Shown: positions 1-10,024 of the stretch, piece by piece
Layout: every line of letters starts with the position of its first letter
Numbering within the stretch: the first letter of the stretch is position 1
Assembly: GCA_963733195.1 (NCBI GenBank)
Contig: CAVTCR010000065.1
Coordinates: 32,001-96,000 of the forward strand
Reading direction: 5' to 3'
Source: an uncultured delta proteobacterium
Lineage (GTDB): Bacteria > Desulfobacterota > Binatia > Bin18
DNA: 64,000 nucleotides
Made by a program: the position numbers and the translations under genes
The notes under the pieces: generated by a model
Databases searched by the model: none
What the model was told of the DNA's origin: nothing
The model's input: only the letters and a program-made list of their open reading frames with translations

Positions 1-888
1 GGCCCATTTGTTATCACCCGGACGTTGCTCAGGATTGTAAGGCGCAGGATTTCCGGTGCCGTAGTACAGCAGGTCGAGTTCCGGATCGTAGGATATTCCT
101 CCCCACACCGGAGCACCGCCGGTCTTCCAGGCCTCGGCTGGCCAGCTCGACTTCCCAAGCTCAACTCCCTTATCGTAGAACGGCTTAAAGGTGTTGGCAT
201 TGATGCGCATGTCAGCGTCGGGACCGAGATTGTGCGCGGTCCAGAGAACCTTGCCGGTCTTCACGTCGAGTCCTTTGACCCAGCCGTAGATGCCAAACTC
301 GCCGCCCGAGGCGCCGACAATCACGCGGTCCTTGACCACCACGGGCGCCATCGGCGTCGTTTCACCCTGGCCGACATCGGCAATCGTGGTGCTCCACACT
401 TCGCGTCCTGTGAACGCATCGACTGCCACGGTGTGTCCGTCCAGAAGATTGTAAATAATTTTGCCATCGGCGAAGAACGCCCCGCGATTGATCACATCAC
501 AGCACGCGATACCAATGGCGTTGGGGCTCACGGCCGGACGGTACTTCCACTTCAGCGGGTAGCCTTCCTTTGTGAGGTCGAAGGCGTAAAGCACGTTCGG
601 ATACGGCGTGACCACGTACATGGTGTTATGGACCACCAGTGGCTGCCCTTCGTGTCCAGCCAGCACTCCCGTGGAAAACGTCCACACCGGGCGAAGCCCT
701 CTGGCATTCGCGGCAGTGATCTGTGCCAACCCGCTATAGCGCGTAGAAGCGTAGTCTTTGGCGGGCATCGTCCACTGGCCGTCTTCTGCTCCCTGCGTCG
801 CCCCACACGCGAAGACAAGCATCATGTGCATCGCAGCCGTCCGGGCGAAAACCCAGGTCAGTCTGTGGGCCAATTGAACGTATTTCAT
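1..888 (-). CDS. PQQ-dependent methanol/ethanol-family dehydrogenase, N-terminal part (runs off window)
   Basis: Manual minus-strand translation: signal peptide then GQWTMPAKDYASTRYSGLAQI, WTFSTGVLAGHEGQPLV, ACCDVINRG (vicinal Cys), GASGGEFG, YDPELDLLYYGTGNPAPYNPEQRPGDNKW; ATG at 888 after GAGGA. Confidence 0.93.
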   Translation of the reverse strand, partial: MKYVQLAHRLTWVFARTAAMHMMLVFACGATQGAEDGQWTMPAKDYASTRYSGLAQITAANARGLRPVWTFSTGVLAGHEGQPLVVHNTMYVVTPYPNVLYAFDLTKEGYPLKWKYRPAVSPNAIGIACCDVINRGAFFADGKIIYNLLDGHTVAVDAFTGREVWSTTIADVGQGETTPMAPVVVKDRVIVGASGGEFGIYGWVKGLDVKTGKVLWTAHNLGPDADMRINANTFKPFYDKGVELGKSSWPAEAWKTGGAPVWGGISYDPELDLLYYGTGNPAPYNPEQRPGDNKWA

Positions 889-1282
889 GTTTTCCTCATG
901 TGCGTTCGGGTAGATGATCGGCGCCTTCTCATGCAACGTGTTGACATATATTTCCTCTGCAACGCACAACGTCACTACTGCACTTCGTGTGATATGTTTG
1001 AGCCCTCACTGTCCCTGAGTCGTGCCTTTCCCTGCCTTGTGGGACTCGATGAACCGAGTAACCTCGACCAGGTTGTTGCGAAACATAGTGAACAACGTGG
1101 AGGAGGGCATGTTTATGAAATATAACGCTAAAGCTCAGCAGCCGGGCCGCCCGACTGGCGCAATACCTCGGAAGGGCGTAATGGCGGCCCGGTCTGCTGT
1201 AGCGGCTTGTTCGGCTTGAATATTTACGATTTCTTCCCTTTTCCGTCCCTTTTCCGCTCTGTCCCCTGTTCCGCTCTCGCAG

Positions 1283-2263
1283 CTACTTGAGCCGCGGGTC
1301 GTCATCCCATAGGACCTGGTAGCCTCCGCCATCATCGACAAATAGAATTGCCCCGCGACCGCCTACCCTTGCATGGGTCACGCCTTCGACCTTCATCCTT
1401 TTGTGGAACCGCACATTCTCGAAGTGACGGACAACCCCTTGAGCATTGCCGTCCCACGAATAGAGTGCGAACGGGGCTTTCGATGCACTGGTCGAATTGC
1501 CGGCGACGATCAGCCATACACCGCGCGAAGGGTCGAACCCGATCGTTCGAATGCCCTGCTCTCCCCGGTCGTCCTTGATTGCAAGGGAAACTGGCGGCAG
1601 CATCTCGAAGTTGCTCAGATGCCACGGACCGTCCACCCGTTTGAGCCGGACCCGCAGGATGAGCGGTTTCCCCTCGATGACGGGTGTGCGCACTCCCAAC
1701 AGCAGCACCTCCTCGGTCGGGCTCCACCCCAGTCCTTCGACGTTCAGCCCACCGTCATCGGGCAGGTACCTCGGAGACTTCCCCAGTTCCGGAGCGTTTT
1801 CAACAATCCATTCTCGAAATGCCGAAAGGACCTCCGCTTCGAGCCGGTCATCCTCTCCGAATGAAATCCTCAAGAGGCAGTTTCTGGCCGTGGATTCTTT
1901 GCCTCGCTTGCTCTTCTTTTTGTGACGTCTTTTTCTCTGCTTCAAGCTGAGCGAGGGGATCACGACAATGAGGCTGCCGCCTTCCGTACGCACATGCGTC
2001 ATTCCTTCAAGATCGTCCACGGTTCCCGGTTCAATCCCTCTGATCGGACGCCTGATGAGCGGGCAGGCCATTTTTCCATCAGCCGCGAGCCGAAGCTCAA
2101 AGAGTGCATCGCCGATGTTGTTATCGCAAAAGAGAAACTTGGAATCGTCAATAGCGACGATTTCGGAAGCGTTGTAGGGCTCAGGGCCGGGTCGCTCGCC
2201 AAAGGCGATCGGCTTGATGCTTGGGTTCTTCTCAGGCTTTTCATCCCTTTGTTTTCGCAACAC
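1283..2263 (-). CDS. DUF3616-like beta-propeller protein
   Basis: 326 aa ORF; DDLEGMT, GGLNVEGLGW, LLLGVRTP, QGIRTI, LIVAG motifs; AGGAG RBS. Confidence 0.6.
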   Translation of the reverse strand: MLRKQRDEKPEKNPSIKPIAFGERPGPEPYNASEIVAIDDSKFLFCDNNIGDALFELRLAADGKMACPLIRRPIRGIEPGTVDDLEGMTHVRTEGGSLIVVIPSLSLKQRKRRHKKKSKRGKESTARNCLLRISFGEDDRLEAEVLSAFREWIVENAPELGKSPRYLPDDGGLNVEGLGWSPTEEVLLLGVRTPVIEGKPLILRVRLKRVDGPWHLSNFEMLPPVSLAIKDDRGEQGIRTIGFDPSRGVWLIVAGNSTSASKAPFALYSWDGNAQGVVRHFENVRFHKRMKVEGVTHARVGGRGAILFVDDGGGYQVLWDDDPRLK

Positions 2264-2609
2264 GAGTATACTCCTCTTGTTCCACCCTGCGATTTGCCTG
2301 CTTGCCTCTTGATCGCCTCAAATTCACGAGACTCTCCGGCGCCGAACGCATGTTAATTGGCCCAAAGAAAATTGGCAAACCTTGTTGTTTCTGCAAAATA
2401 AGCTACCCACGAAATTTTCTGAATCATCTGCCATTCCTTCGTCATTTACAAGAGTTACTGGGCGTATTCTCGAAATACTCTCTAGGTGTTATTTTGCACA
2501 ACCTGCAAAATAACCCGGACATGGCCGATGCTGTTATCGTGCTCAACAGACTCACTCAGCCTTTCACAACGATCCGCTGGACTGTGCATCCCTTGTCCTC
2601 TTCGGTCAT

Positions 2610-2670
2610 CCTTCGACTTCGTTTGCGCGTAGCTTGTCCTAAGCTTAGTCGAAGGGCTTAGGACGAGCAG
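2610..2670. repeat. REP/MITE-like palindrome of the CCT(G/A)AGC-N3-4-GTCGAAGG type
   Basis: ccttcgac...gtcctaagcttagtcgaagggcttaggac; related cores near 4120-4172, 45510-45570 and 59963-60010. Confidence 0.55.
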
Positions 2671-2773
2671 AGAAAAATTCGCGTCCCCCGAGCTTTTGGT
2701 AATGCACCTCGCCGTTGTCTTGCCTGGGCGTGCATGTTAGGGTTCTCGCACTTTTTTCGGGGAGTACTCCACT

Positions 2774-3985
2774 GTGGCTGATGTGAAGAAAGTCGTGCTC
2801 GCCTACAGCGGCGGCTTAGATACCTCGGTCATCCTGCGTTGGTTGATCGATACCTATAAGTGTGAAGTCATTGCCTTCTGTGCTGATCTCGGACAAGGCG
2901 AAGAGCTGGCGCCAGTTGAAGAGAAAGCCAAGAAGGTCGGTGCGAGTAAGATTTACATTGAAGACCTGCGCGAAGAGTTCGTCCGCGATTTCGTCTTCCC
3001 GATGTTGCGGGCCAACACCTTTTACGAAGGTGGTTATCTGCTCGGGACGTCGATCGCGCGACCGCTGATTGCCAAACGGCAAATTGAGATCGCCCGCAAA
3101 GAAGGAGCGAATTCTGTTTCCCATGGTGCGACCGGGAAGGGCAATGATCAGGTGCGCTTCGAGTTGACCTATTATGCACTCGAACCCAACATTCAGATCA
3201 TCGCGCCGTGGCGGACCTGGGACATGCGTTCACGTTCTGACCTCATCGCCTATGCCGAAGCTCGTAACATTCCGATCCCTGTCACCAAAGAGAAACCGTA
3301 CAGTACGGATCGTAACCTCCTGCACATCAGTTACGAAGGTGGCATTCTCGAAGACCCCTGGCGTGAACCGTATGATGACATGTTCGTACTTTCTGTCTCT
3401 CCTGAAAAAGCGCCAGACACGCCTGAGTATGTCGAGATCGATTTCACGGCGGGGAATCCAACTGCCGTAAACGGAGAACCTCTGTCGCCAGCGACCTTAC
3501 TTGCGAAGCTCAATACACTCGGGGGCAAGCACGGGGTTGGTCGCCTTGATCTTGTCGAGAACCGCTATGTCGGGATGAAGTCACGCGGTGTGTACGAAAC
3601 CCCCGGTGGAACAATTCTGCACGCTGCGCATCGTGCGATCGAGTCGATTACCCTTGACCGTGAAGTGATGCATCTGCGTGATTCGCTTATCTCTCAGTAT
3701 GCCGAGATGGTGTACTACGGCTACTGGTTCGCGCCTGAGCGTGAGATGTTGCAGGTCGCAATTGACGAGTCGCAGAAGAATGTCACTGGCACAGTGCGGC
3801 TCAAGCTTTATAAAGGCAACGTAATGGTTGCTGGCCGCAAATCGCAGAAGACACTGTACAATCCCGATGTCGCGACGTTCGAGGCTGGCGGCGATTATCG
3901 TCAAGCCGATGCTGAAGGATTTATTCGTCTCGAATGCGCTGCGTTTGCGATTACGGGCGTTGGCACAGAAATAGCTTTCAGCTGA
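2774..3985 (+). CDS. argG: Argininosuccinate synthase
   Basis: [35 protein letters not shown]; canonical C-terminus [13 protein letters not shown] lies in a shifted frame ending at 3974 (probable indel). Confidence 0.98.
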   Translation: MADVKKVVLAYSGGLDTSVILRWLIDTYKCEVIAFCADLGQGEELAPVEEKAKKVGASKIYIEDLREEFVRDFVFPMLRANTFYEGGYLLGTSIARPLIAKRQIEIARKEGANSVSHGATGKGNDQVRFELTYYALEPNIQIIAPWRTWDMRSRSDLIAYAEARNIPIPVTKEKPYSTDRNLLHISYEGGILEDPWREPYDDMFVLSVSPEKAPDTPEYVEIDFTAGNPTAVNGEPLSPATLLAKLNTLGGKHGVGRLDLVENRYVGMKSRGVYETPGGTILHAAHRAIESITLDREVMHLRDSLISQYAEMVYYGYWFAPEREMLQVAIDESQKNVTGTVRLKLYKGNVMVAGRKSQKTLYNPDVATFEAGGDYRQADAEGFIRLECAAFAITGVGTEIAFS

Positions 3986-3986
3986 A

Positions 3987-4035
3987 AAGGGGTAAAAGGG
4001 CAAAAGGGGAAATGGGTAAGAGGAAAAAAGGGACG
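3987..4035 (+). repeat. Degenerate purine-rich 8-mer tandem repeat, complementary tract at ~4237-4280
   Basis: gggtaaaa gggcaaaa ggggaaat gggtaaga ggaaaaaa ggg. Confidence 0.55.
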
Positions 4036-4307
4036 GGAGATGGTCGTCAGTTTTTCCAATCAAGCCACGTAGATAGATCTCCAAGGCTGTCCCTGAGTGC
4101 AACGAAGGGTCTTCTAGAGCCTGTCCTGCCATCGAGTGCGAGCCTGAGCGTAGTCGAAGGGCTCAGAATGACAAACGCGAGTAGTCACGTTACCGGTGTA
4201 TATCTGTCATGCGGTTCAATTCAGAGTTAAAAGATCCATTCCGTCATTTTCTCCTTTCACCATTTCCCCTCCGCATTTTCTGAGACGGAAGACTGGTCTT
4301 CCCCCGT

Positions 4308-5687
4308 ATGAAACCGGAACGAACGAAAAAAGCCTGGGCTGGGCGATTCGCCGAGGGAGCGCATCCGCTGATGGAAGCGTTCACTTCCTCGCTGCACTTC
4401 GACAAAAAGCTTGCACCCTACGATATTCGCGGCAGCATCGCCCATTGCCGGATGTTGGTGAAGCAAAAGATTCTAACGCGAGCTGAAGGTGACAAGATCG
4501 TGAAAGGACTCGAAGGGGTTGAACGCGAACTGAACCAAGGGAAATTCGTTTTTCTTTCTTCTGACGAAGATATCCACATGGCGATTGAGCGACGACTGAC
4601 GGAGAAAATTGGTCCAGTTGGCGGAAAGTTGCACACCGCCCGTAGCCGCAATGATCAGGTGTTGCTCGATGTCCGGCTTTATCTGCGCGATGAGATTGCC
4701 AACATTCTCGATCTGTTGAGTGCGTTGCAGCGGCAGCTCGCACGGATGGCAAAGCGGTATAGTAATCTGGTCATACCGGGCTACACCCATCTGCAGCGTG
4801 CACAGCCGGTTACGTTAGCTCACCATCTGTTAGCATATTATGAGATGTTTGGCCGTGATCGTGAACGGTTGCAACAATGCCGTGAGCGTGTGAATGTCCT
4901 TCCCCTCGGAGCAGGAGCGTTGGCAGGGACAACCCTGCCGATCGACCGGCATCACGTGGCACGGTTACTCAACTTCCCGCGCGTGAGTGAGAACAGTCTT
5001 GATACTGTGGCGGACCGTGACTTTCTCATCGAGTTTCTCTCAGTCGGTGCGGTGCTTGGCATGCACCTGAGCCGTATGGCTGAAGAACTGGTGTTATGGT
5101 CAAGCAGCGAGTTTGGCTTCATTGAGTTGCCGGATGCGTTTGCTACCGGCAGTTCGATGATGCCGCAAAAGAAAAATCCCGATGTGGCGGAATTGATTCG
5201 TGGGAAAACCGGGCGGGTCTATGGCAATCTGGTGGCGTTGCTGACGATCCTTAAAGGGCTCCCGCTTTCCTACAACCGCGACTTACAAGAAGACAAAGAG
5301 CCGATGTTTGATACGGTTGACACGATCAAAGGGACGTTAGCGATTCTTGAAGCGATGTTGCCACAACTTGTGTTTCGTGAGGACCGTCTGCGCGACGCCG
5401 CATTGGGTGGGTTTACTCTTGCCACTGATGTCGCTGATTATTTGGTAGAGAAAGGGATGCCGTTTCGTAAAGCGCACGAAGTAGTCGGCGCAGTGGTCCG
5501 TTGGTGCTTAGTGGAAAAGAAGGGACTTGAAGAATTATCTCTGGAACAGTGGAAAGTCTTTTCTCCTGTCATTGAGCAAGATCTTCTTCCTCGTCTTACG
5601 TTGGAATCAGCGGTTGATCGGCGGCGGTCCTATGGCGGCACAGCGCGAACGAATATACAAAAACGATTACGGACAATCGGAATATAA
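4308..5687 (+). CDS. argH: Argininosuccinate lyase
   Basis: WAGRF, LHTARSRNDQV, PGYTHLQRAQP, GSSMMPQKKNPD, YNRDLQEDK. Confidence 0.98.
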   Translation: MKPERTKKAWAGRFAEGAHPLMEAFTSSLHFDKKLAPYDIRGSIAHCRMLVKQKILTRAEGDKIVKGLEGVERELNQGKFVFLSSDEDIHMAIERRLTEKIGPVGGKLHTARSRNDQVLLDVRLYLRDEIANILDLLSALQRQLARMAKRYSNLVIPGYTHLQRAQPVTLAHHLLAYYEMFGRDRERLQQCRERVNVLPLGAGALAGTTLPIDRHHVARLLNFPRVSENSLDTVADRDFLIEFLSVGAVLGMHLSRMAEELVLWSSSEFGFIELPDAFATGSSMMPQKKNPDVAELIRGKTGRVYGNLVALLTILKGLPLSYNRDLQEDKEPMFDTVDTIKGTLAILEAMLPQLVFREDRLRDAALGGFTLATDVADYLVEKGMPFRKAHEVVGAVVRWCLVEKKGLEELSLEQWKVFSPVIEQDLLPRLTLESAVDRRRSYGGTARTNIQKRLRTIGI

Positions 5688-6280
5688 TGCTCAAAGTTCA
5701 AAGTCTTACGTGTTACGTGTTACGTGTTACGTGTTACGTGTTGCGTGTTGCGTTCCAAGCCTCACGCACTCCGTTTCCCCGTTTTCCCATTTCCCCGTTT
5801 TCCCTTCTCGTTTCTGTCTCTCTTCTCTGTCTCTGTCTGGTTTCCTGCGGTCATAAAACCCCGGTCCGTCCGCCGGAATGGGTGGCGCCGGAAGCGATTG
5901 GCGATCTTGCTCTGGACATCGACAGCAAAAAGAATGTTGTCGTACTGAAATGGGGACGACCGCAAGAATACGTTGATGGGAGTGAAATGGATGACCTCGG
6001 CGGATTTGTCGTCCTGCGAGCGACTGAAGAAGGACAGGGCAAGGAAAGTGCATTCACGCAGGTGGCAACAATCACGGTCGCGGACCGAGACCGGTTCCGT
6101 AAAGCCAAGAAATTTAGCTATACGGACACGCAACTCACCGCCGGGGTACTCTACCGATACCGCGTGCAAGCCGTTACCCTCGATGGTTACTCCAGCGGCC
6201 TATCGAACACCGTCGAATTGGTTTGGAAGGATGGACCTGCCGAGGCGCCGGCACCTGCCCAAACTCCGACGAAGCGCTAG
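5687..6280 (+). CDS. Lipoprotein with CGxKxP motif and fibronectin-III-like domain; start uncertain
   Basis: Hydrophobic stretch, lipobox LVSC, CGHKTPVRPPE; FN3-like YTDT...YRYRVQAV...S..SN. Confidence 0.75.
   Translation: MLKVQSLTCYVLRVTCYVLRVAFQASRTPFPRFPISPFSLLVSVSLLCLCLVSCGHKTPVRPPEWVAPEAIGDLALDIDSKKNVVVLKWGRPQEYVDGSEMDDLGGFVVLRATEEGQGKESAFTQVATITVADRDRFRKAKKFSYTDTQLTAGVLYRYRVQAVTLDGYSSGLSNTVELVWKDGPAEAPAPAQTPTKR
5706..5754 (+). repeat. Heptamer tandem repeat (TTACGTG)x5 plus 2 degenerate copies
   Basis: Read directly in the 5' part of the lipoprotein ORF. Confidence 0.95.
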
Positions 6281-6306
6281 TTGACGAAGCTAACGCATGA
6301 GTAAAG

Positions 6307-6430
6307 AATGCAGAATGAAAAACAGAAGTAATGAAGAATTAAAAATGCAAAATGAAGAATGGCGAAAAGAAAAACTGGAAATAATTTTCGTCTTCCTCTG
6401 AAATTTTCATTTTTAACTCTTAATTCTTAA
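6307..6430. repeat. AT-rich degenerate heptamer repeats with a complementary arm
   Basis: aatgcagaatgaaaa...aatgaagaattaaaaatgcaaaatgaagaat followed by ttttcatttttaactcttaattcttaatt. Confidence 0.6.
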
Positions 6431-6440
6431 TTGGTGTTAT

Positions 6441-7271
6441 ATGAGACTTCCTTTCACCAAAATGCACGGTATTAGTAATGACTATGTGTACGTCAACGCC
6501 TTTACAACGAAGGTCACCGATGCACCTACCGTCGCACAGAAAGTGAGTGACCGCCGCACAGGTATTGGTGGAGACGGACTCATTCTGATTTGTCCGTCCG
6601 ATACTGCTCACGCACGTATGGAAATGTACAACGCAGACGGCAGTCGCGGGAAAATGTGTGGCAATGGCATTCGTTGTGTTGGGAAGTACGTGTATGAACA
6701 TGGCTTAGTGCGAGTGAACCCCTTAAAGATTGATACTGACACCGGCGTGAAGACGCTCTTCCTTGAACTCAACGAAGGGAAGGTTTCTCGCGTGACTGTC
6801 GATATGGGCGAGCCGATCCTTGATGGTCCGAGCATTCCGGTGGCTGCGAATGGACAAGTCATCAACCAACCTCTAGAGGTAGGAGGGAAATCCTATCAAG
6901 TGACGTGCGTATCGACAGGGAATCCGCATTGTGTCACTTTTGTCGACGCAGTTGAGCCGTTGGCATTAGAAAAGATTGGACCGAAATTTGAGCACCATCC
7001 GTTCTTTCCTGATCGCGTGAACACTGAGTTTATTCAGGTCGTGAGTCCGACTGAGCTGAATATGCGCGTGTGGGAGCGTGGCTCAGGAGAGACCTGGGCA
7101 TGCGGGACTGGCGCATGTGCTGCTGCGGTTGCCGCTGTGCTCAACAACAAAGCCGAACGACGTGTGACGATCCATCTCCGTGGTGGCGATCTGGAGATTG
7201 AATGGCGAGCCGAGGACAATCACATGTATATGACCGGACCTGCTGAAGAAGTATTTGAGGGAGACGATTGA
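6441..7271 (+). CDS. dapF: Diaminopimelate epimerase
   Basis: FTKMHGISNDY, NADGS..MCGNGIRC, GNPHCV, ERGSGETWACGTGACA. Confidence 0.98.
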   Translation: MRLPFTKMHGISNDYVYVNAFTTKVTDAPTVAQKVSDRRTGIGGDGLILICPSDTAHARMEMYNADGSRGKMCGNGIRCVGKYVYEHGLVRVNPLKIDTDTGVKTLFLELNEGKVSRVTVDMGEPILDGPSIPVAANGQVINQPLEVGGKSYQVTCVSTGNPHCVTFVDAVEPLALEKIGPKFEHHPFFPDRVNTEFIQVVSPTELNMRVWERGSGETWACGTGACAAAVAAVLNNKAERRVTIHLRGGDLEIEWRAEDNHMYMTGPAEEVFEGDD

Positions 7272-7415
7272 GATTTAAGTAACGAGTAATGAGCATTGCT
7301 ACGTCACATCGAAGCAGGAAAAAGTCGGGAGACGGGCCTCAGAGCAGCAGTCGCACTTTCACCTCACCCTCGATCCCTCATCACGCAGTGACAGTGCCTT
7401 CGACTGGAGGAAACT

Positions 7416-8309
7416 ATGGGAACCGCACCGACGAATTTTGCTGGGTCTTTTGTTGCACTCGTGACACCGTTTAAGAACGGCAAAGTGGACGAGAAACGTC
7501 TCGGTGAACTCGTCGAATGGCACATCAAGAGTGGAACCCATGGGATTGTTCCCTGCGGCACAACTGGTGAGTCTGCGACGCTTTCCCACGATGAACATAC
7601 ACAAGTGGTCAAGTTCGTTGTAGAGACGGTCAAGAAACGGGTGCCAGTGGTTGCTGGTACAGGTTCGAACTCGACGGCAGAAGCGATCCGGCTGACGCGT
7701 GAAGCCCAAGAAGTCGGTGCCGACGGTGCGCTGATGATCTCGCCGTATTACAACCGTCCGACGCAAGAAGGGATCTATCAGCATTATAAAGCCGTTGCTC
7801 AGGCGGTGCCGGGGTTTCCGATTATTTTCTACAACATTCCGGGTCGTACCGGTTCGAATATCGAGCCATCAACGATGGCGCGGATGGCTGAGATCAGTAA
7901 CATCGTCGGCGTTAAAGAGGCGACAGGTTCCATCGACCAGGTGATCAACATTCGCCTGGCATGTGGTGAGAAACTCGCGATCCTTTCTGGTGAAGATACG
8001 CTTACCTTTTCGATGATGTCACTAGGTGGCAAAGGTGTGATTAGCACCGTGGCCAATATCGCCCCGCGGGAAATGGCCGAGGTTGCCAACGCGGCGTTAG
8101 CGAAACAGTGGGACAAAGCGGCTCAGCTACAGTTGCAATTGACGCCATTGATCCGTGCCCTGTTTGTCGAAACCAATCCAGGTCCAGTGAAAACAGCGAT
8201 GGCGCTGATGGGCAAATGCGAGCCAGATCTGCGCTTGCCATTAGTGTCGATGTCGGAAGGCAATGCGGCAAAGCTCAAGGAGACGCTCAAGGAGTACCGG
8301 CTGATCTAG
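7416..8309 (+). CDS. dapA: 4-hydroxy-tetrahydrodipicolinate synthase
   Basis: ALVTPF, CGTTGESATL, PYYNRP, YNIPGRTG, GVKEATG, ETNPGPVK. Confidence 0.98.
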   Translation: MGTAPTNFAGSFVALVTPFKNGKVDEKRLGELVEWHIKSGTHGIVPCGTTGESATLSHDEHTQVVKFVVETVKKRVPVVAGTGSNSTAEAIRLTREAQEVGADGALMISPYYNRPTQEGIYQHYKAVAQAVPGFPIIFYNIPGRTGSNIEPSTMARMAEISNIVGVKEATGSIDQVINIRLACGEKLAILSGEDTLTFSMMSLGGKGVISTVANIAPREMAEVANAALAKQWDKAAQLQLQLTPLIRALFVETNPGPVKTAMALMGKCEPDLRLPLVSMSEGNAAKLKETLKEYRLI

Positions 8310-8455
8310 GAGCCAGGGTACAGGGGTCGGAGTTCAAGGTTTTAAGTTCAAGGTTTGGACACGAATCACGCAACACGAATCGCTTGATTCAATGCTCGTT
8401 AGTCGGCGTTGTCCGGTCCTTCTGGTATCCTCTGCAATCTAAAAGGAAGACTCCC

Positions 8456-9259
8456 ATGCCTATTAACGTCATCGTCTGTGGCGCGGCTGGCCGTATGGGG
8501 AAACTCCTGGTGAGTCTCGTGCATGAGAATACCGAGATGCGGCTTGCCGGCGCAGTCGAGGCTTCTGGCCATTGGGCAATCAACAAAGATGCCGGAGAAG
8601 TCGCAGGTGTTGGACCAATTGGCCTCAAAGTATCGGACGACTACGGTGCAGTCGCAACGCCGGACACGGTGACACTTGACTTCACCATCCCCGAAGCCGC
8701 GCTCGATCATCTGCGAACCGCGGCAGAAAAAGGTGCGGCGATTGTTATTGGCACAACTGGATTCTCGGCAGCCCAACGGATCGAAACTGACGCACTTGCT
8801 GCGAAGACGCGAACGATTATCGCTCCGAATATGAGTATTGGTGTGAATGTTCTGCAAAAAGTCGTTGCCGATGTCGCGCGTATTCTCAAAGACGGATTTG
8901 ACCCTGAGATCGTTGAGATTCACCACCGCTTCAAGGCTGATGCGCCGAGTGGTACCGCCCTTGGGCTCGGTCGAGCCATCGCTGCTGCCCAAGGCAAGAA
9001 TTTTGATCAAGTTGCAACGCTTGCGCGTCAAGGGATCACAGGCCAACGCAAAGATGATGAGATTGGGATTGTGGCGTTACGCGGTGGTGACGTGATTGGC
9101 GATCACACTGTTGTGTTTGCCGGTTTTGCTGAGCGGATTGAACTAACGCATCGCGCCCAAAGCCGTGAGTGTCTCGCGCGCGGCGCGCTCCGTGCCGCCT
9201 CGTGGCTACCTTCGCAAAAGCCTGGGTTATATACGATGAAGGACGTGCTCGGATTATAG
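8456..9259 (+). CDS. dapB: 4-hydroxy-tetrahydrodipicolinate reductase
   Basis: GAAGRMG, IGTTG, APNMSIG, EIHHRFKADAPSGTA; ATG at 8456 after AAGGAA. Confidence 0.97.
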   Translation: MPINVIVCGAAGRMGKLLVSLVHENTEMRLAGAVEASGHWAINKDAGEVAGVGPIGLKVSDDYGAVATPDTVTLDFTIPEAALDHLRTAAEKGAAIVIGTTGFSAAQRIETDALAAKTRTIIAPNMSIGVNVLQKVVADVARILKDGFDPEIVEIHHRFKADAPSGTALGLGRAIAAAQGKNFDQVATLARQGITGQRKDDEIGIVALRGGDVIGDHTVVFAGFAERIELTHRAQSRECLARGALRAASWLPSQKPGLYTMKDVLGL

Positions 9260-9277
9260 AGCGAAATGAGGCACGCT

Positions 9278-9303
9278 CTGGGAGCGCGGGCGTCTCGCCC
9301 GCA
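9278..9303. repeat. Short REP-like hairpin
   Basis: ctgggagcgcgggcgtctcgcccgca; gcgggcg/cgcccgc stem just after dapB. Confidence 0.5.
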
Positions 9304-9646
9304 GTCCCAAGAAAGTAATGTCTTATGCAGGCACTTCGGCCTACAGAACCGACAGCACGTTCTTTCGCTTCGCGTGAGCTGCTCGCTGTTGTCTTTCCTG
9401 GCGATCCTTTTGCTGGGAGGCAGCAGCAATAGCCTCCCGCACCCCAAAGCGGCCAGTAGCGCAGAGACCAAGAATAGTTTCAGTGACAGACCGTGGTGAA
9501 AATTTCGCTTTCGTTGCTGTTGTTGTACGCATTTGTTGTTCCTCCACTTCCGCAACCGCTTCCGCTACCCCTCGCCCTACAAGAAAGATCGGCAGTTTCT
9601 TGAATTTCTGATTTCTTGCGAGCGAGCATGCGCTAAATTTTGTTTC

Positions 9647-9760
9647 TTACTATTTCCCCTGAAACTTGGCTGGTTGTTTCTCCAGGAATGCGGTCACCAC
9701 TTCTTTATGATCCTGTGTCTGAAAGAAATAGTCAAGTTCGAAAGTCTCAGTTTGCACCGC
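9647..9760 (-). repeat. Diverged copy of the last ~36 codons of the enoyl-CoA hydratase gene (16950-17063)
   Basis: 114 bp gapless alignment, 11 mismatches by manual count; AVQTETFELDYFFQTQDHKEVVTAFLEKQPAKFQGK** vs AVQTETFGLDYLFQTQDHKEAVAAFLEKRPAKFQGK**. Confidence 0.93.
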
Positions 9761-9804
9761 TCTCATCGATTCTACGGCTTCTTGGGCAAGATCAGTTGCA
9801 AGAG

Positions 9805-9892
9805 CTCAGGACAGCAATATCCCCTATGCTGCGCACACATCAATAGTGTTCGGCCAGCGTGTTTCACATACTCAGGACAGCAATATCCCCTA
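9805..9892 (+). repeat. Perfect 22-bp direct repeat pair separated by 44 bp
   Basis: ctcaggacagcaatatccccta at 9805-9826 and 9871-9892. Confidence 0.9.
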
Positions 9893-10024
9893 GCGGCGAC
9901 AGCCTGAGGAGCATGACGCCACGATTTACGTGTGCACGGAAATAGTCAGGTACCCTCGATCAACGCCGTCTCGCCGGCAGCGCTCTTTCAGTAAGGCAAC
10001 AAAGAGATCGTCTATTTCCGTGTC

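Noticed and set aside
25-1125. 366-aa plus-strand ORF
   Set aside because: Antisense shadow of the PQQ dehydrogenase; no protein-like motifs
8108-8455. N-terminal extension of dapB
   Set aside because: Overlaps dapA and intergenic repeats; a good RBS sits at ATG 8456
9805-9892. CRISPR array
   Set aside because: Only two 22-bp repeats and no cas genes in the window
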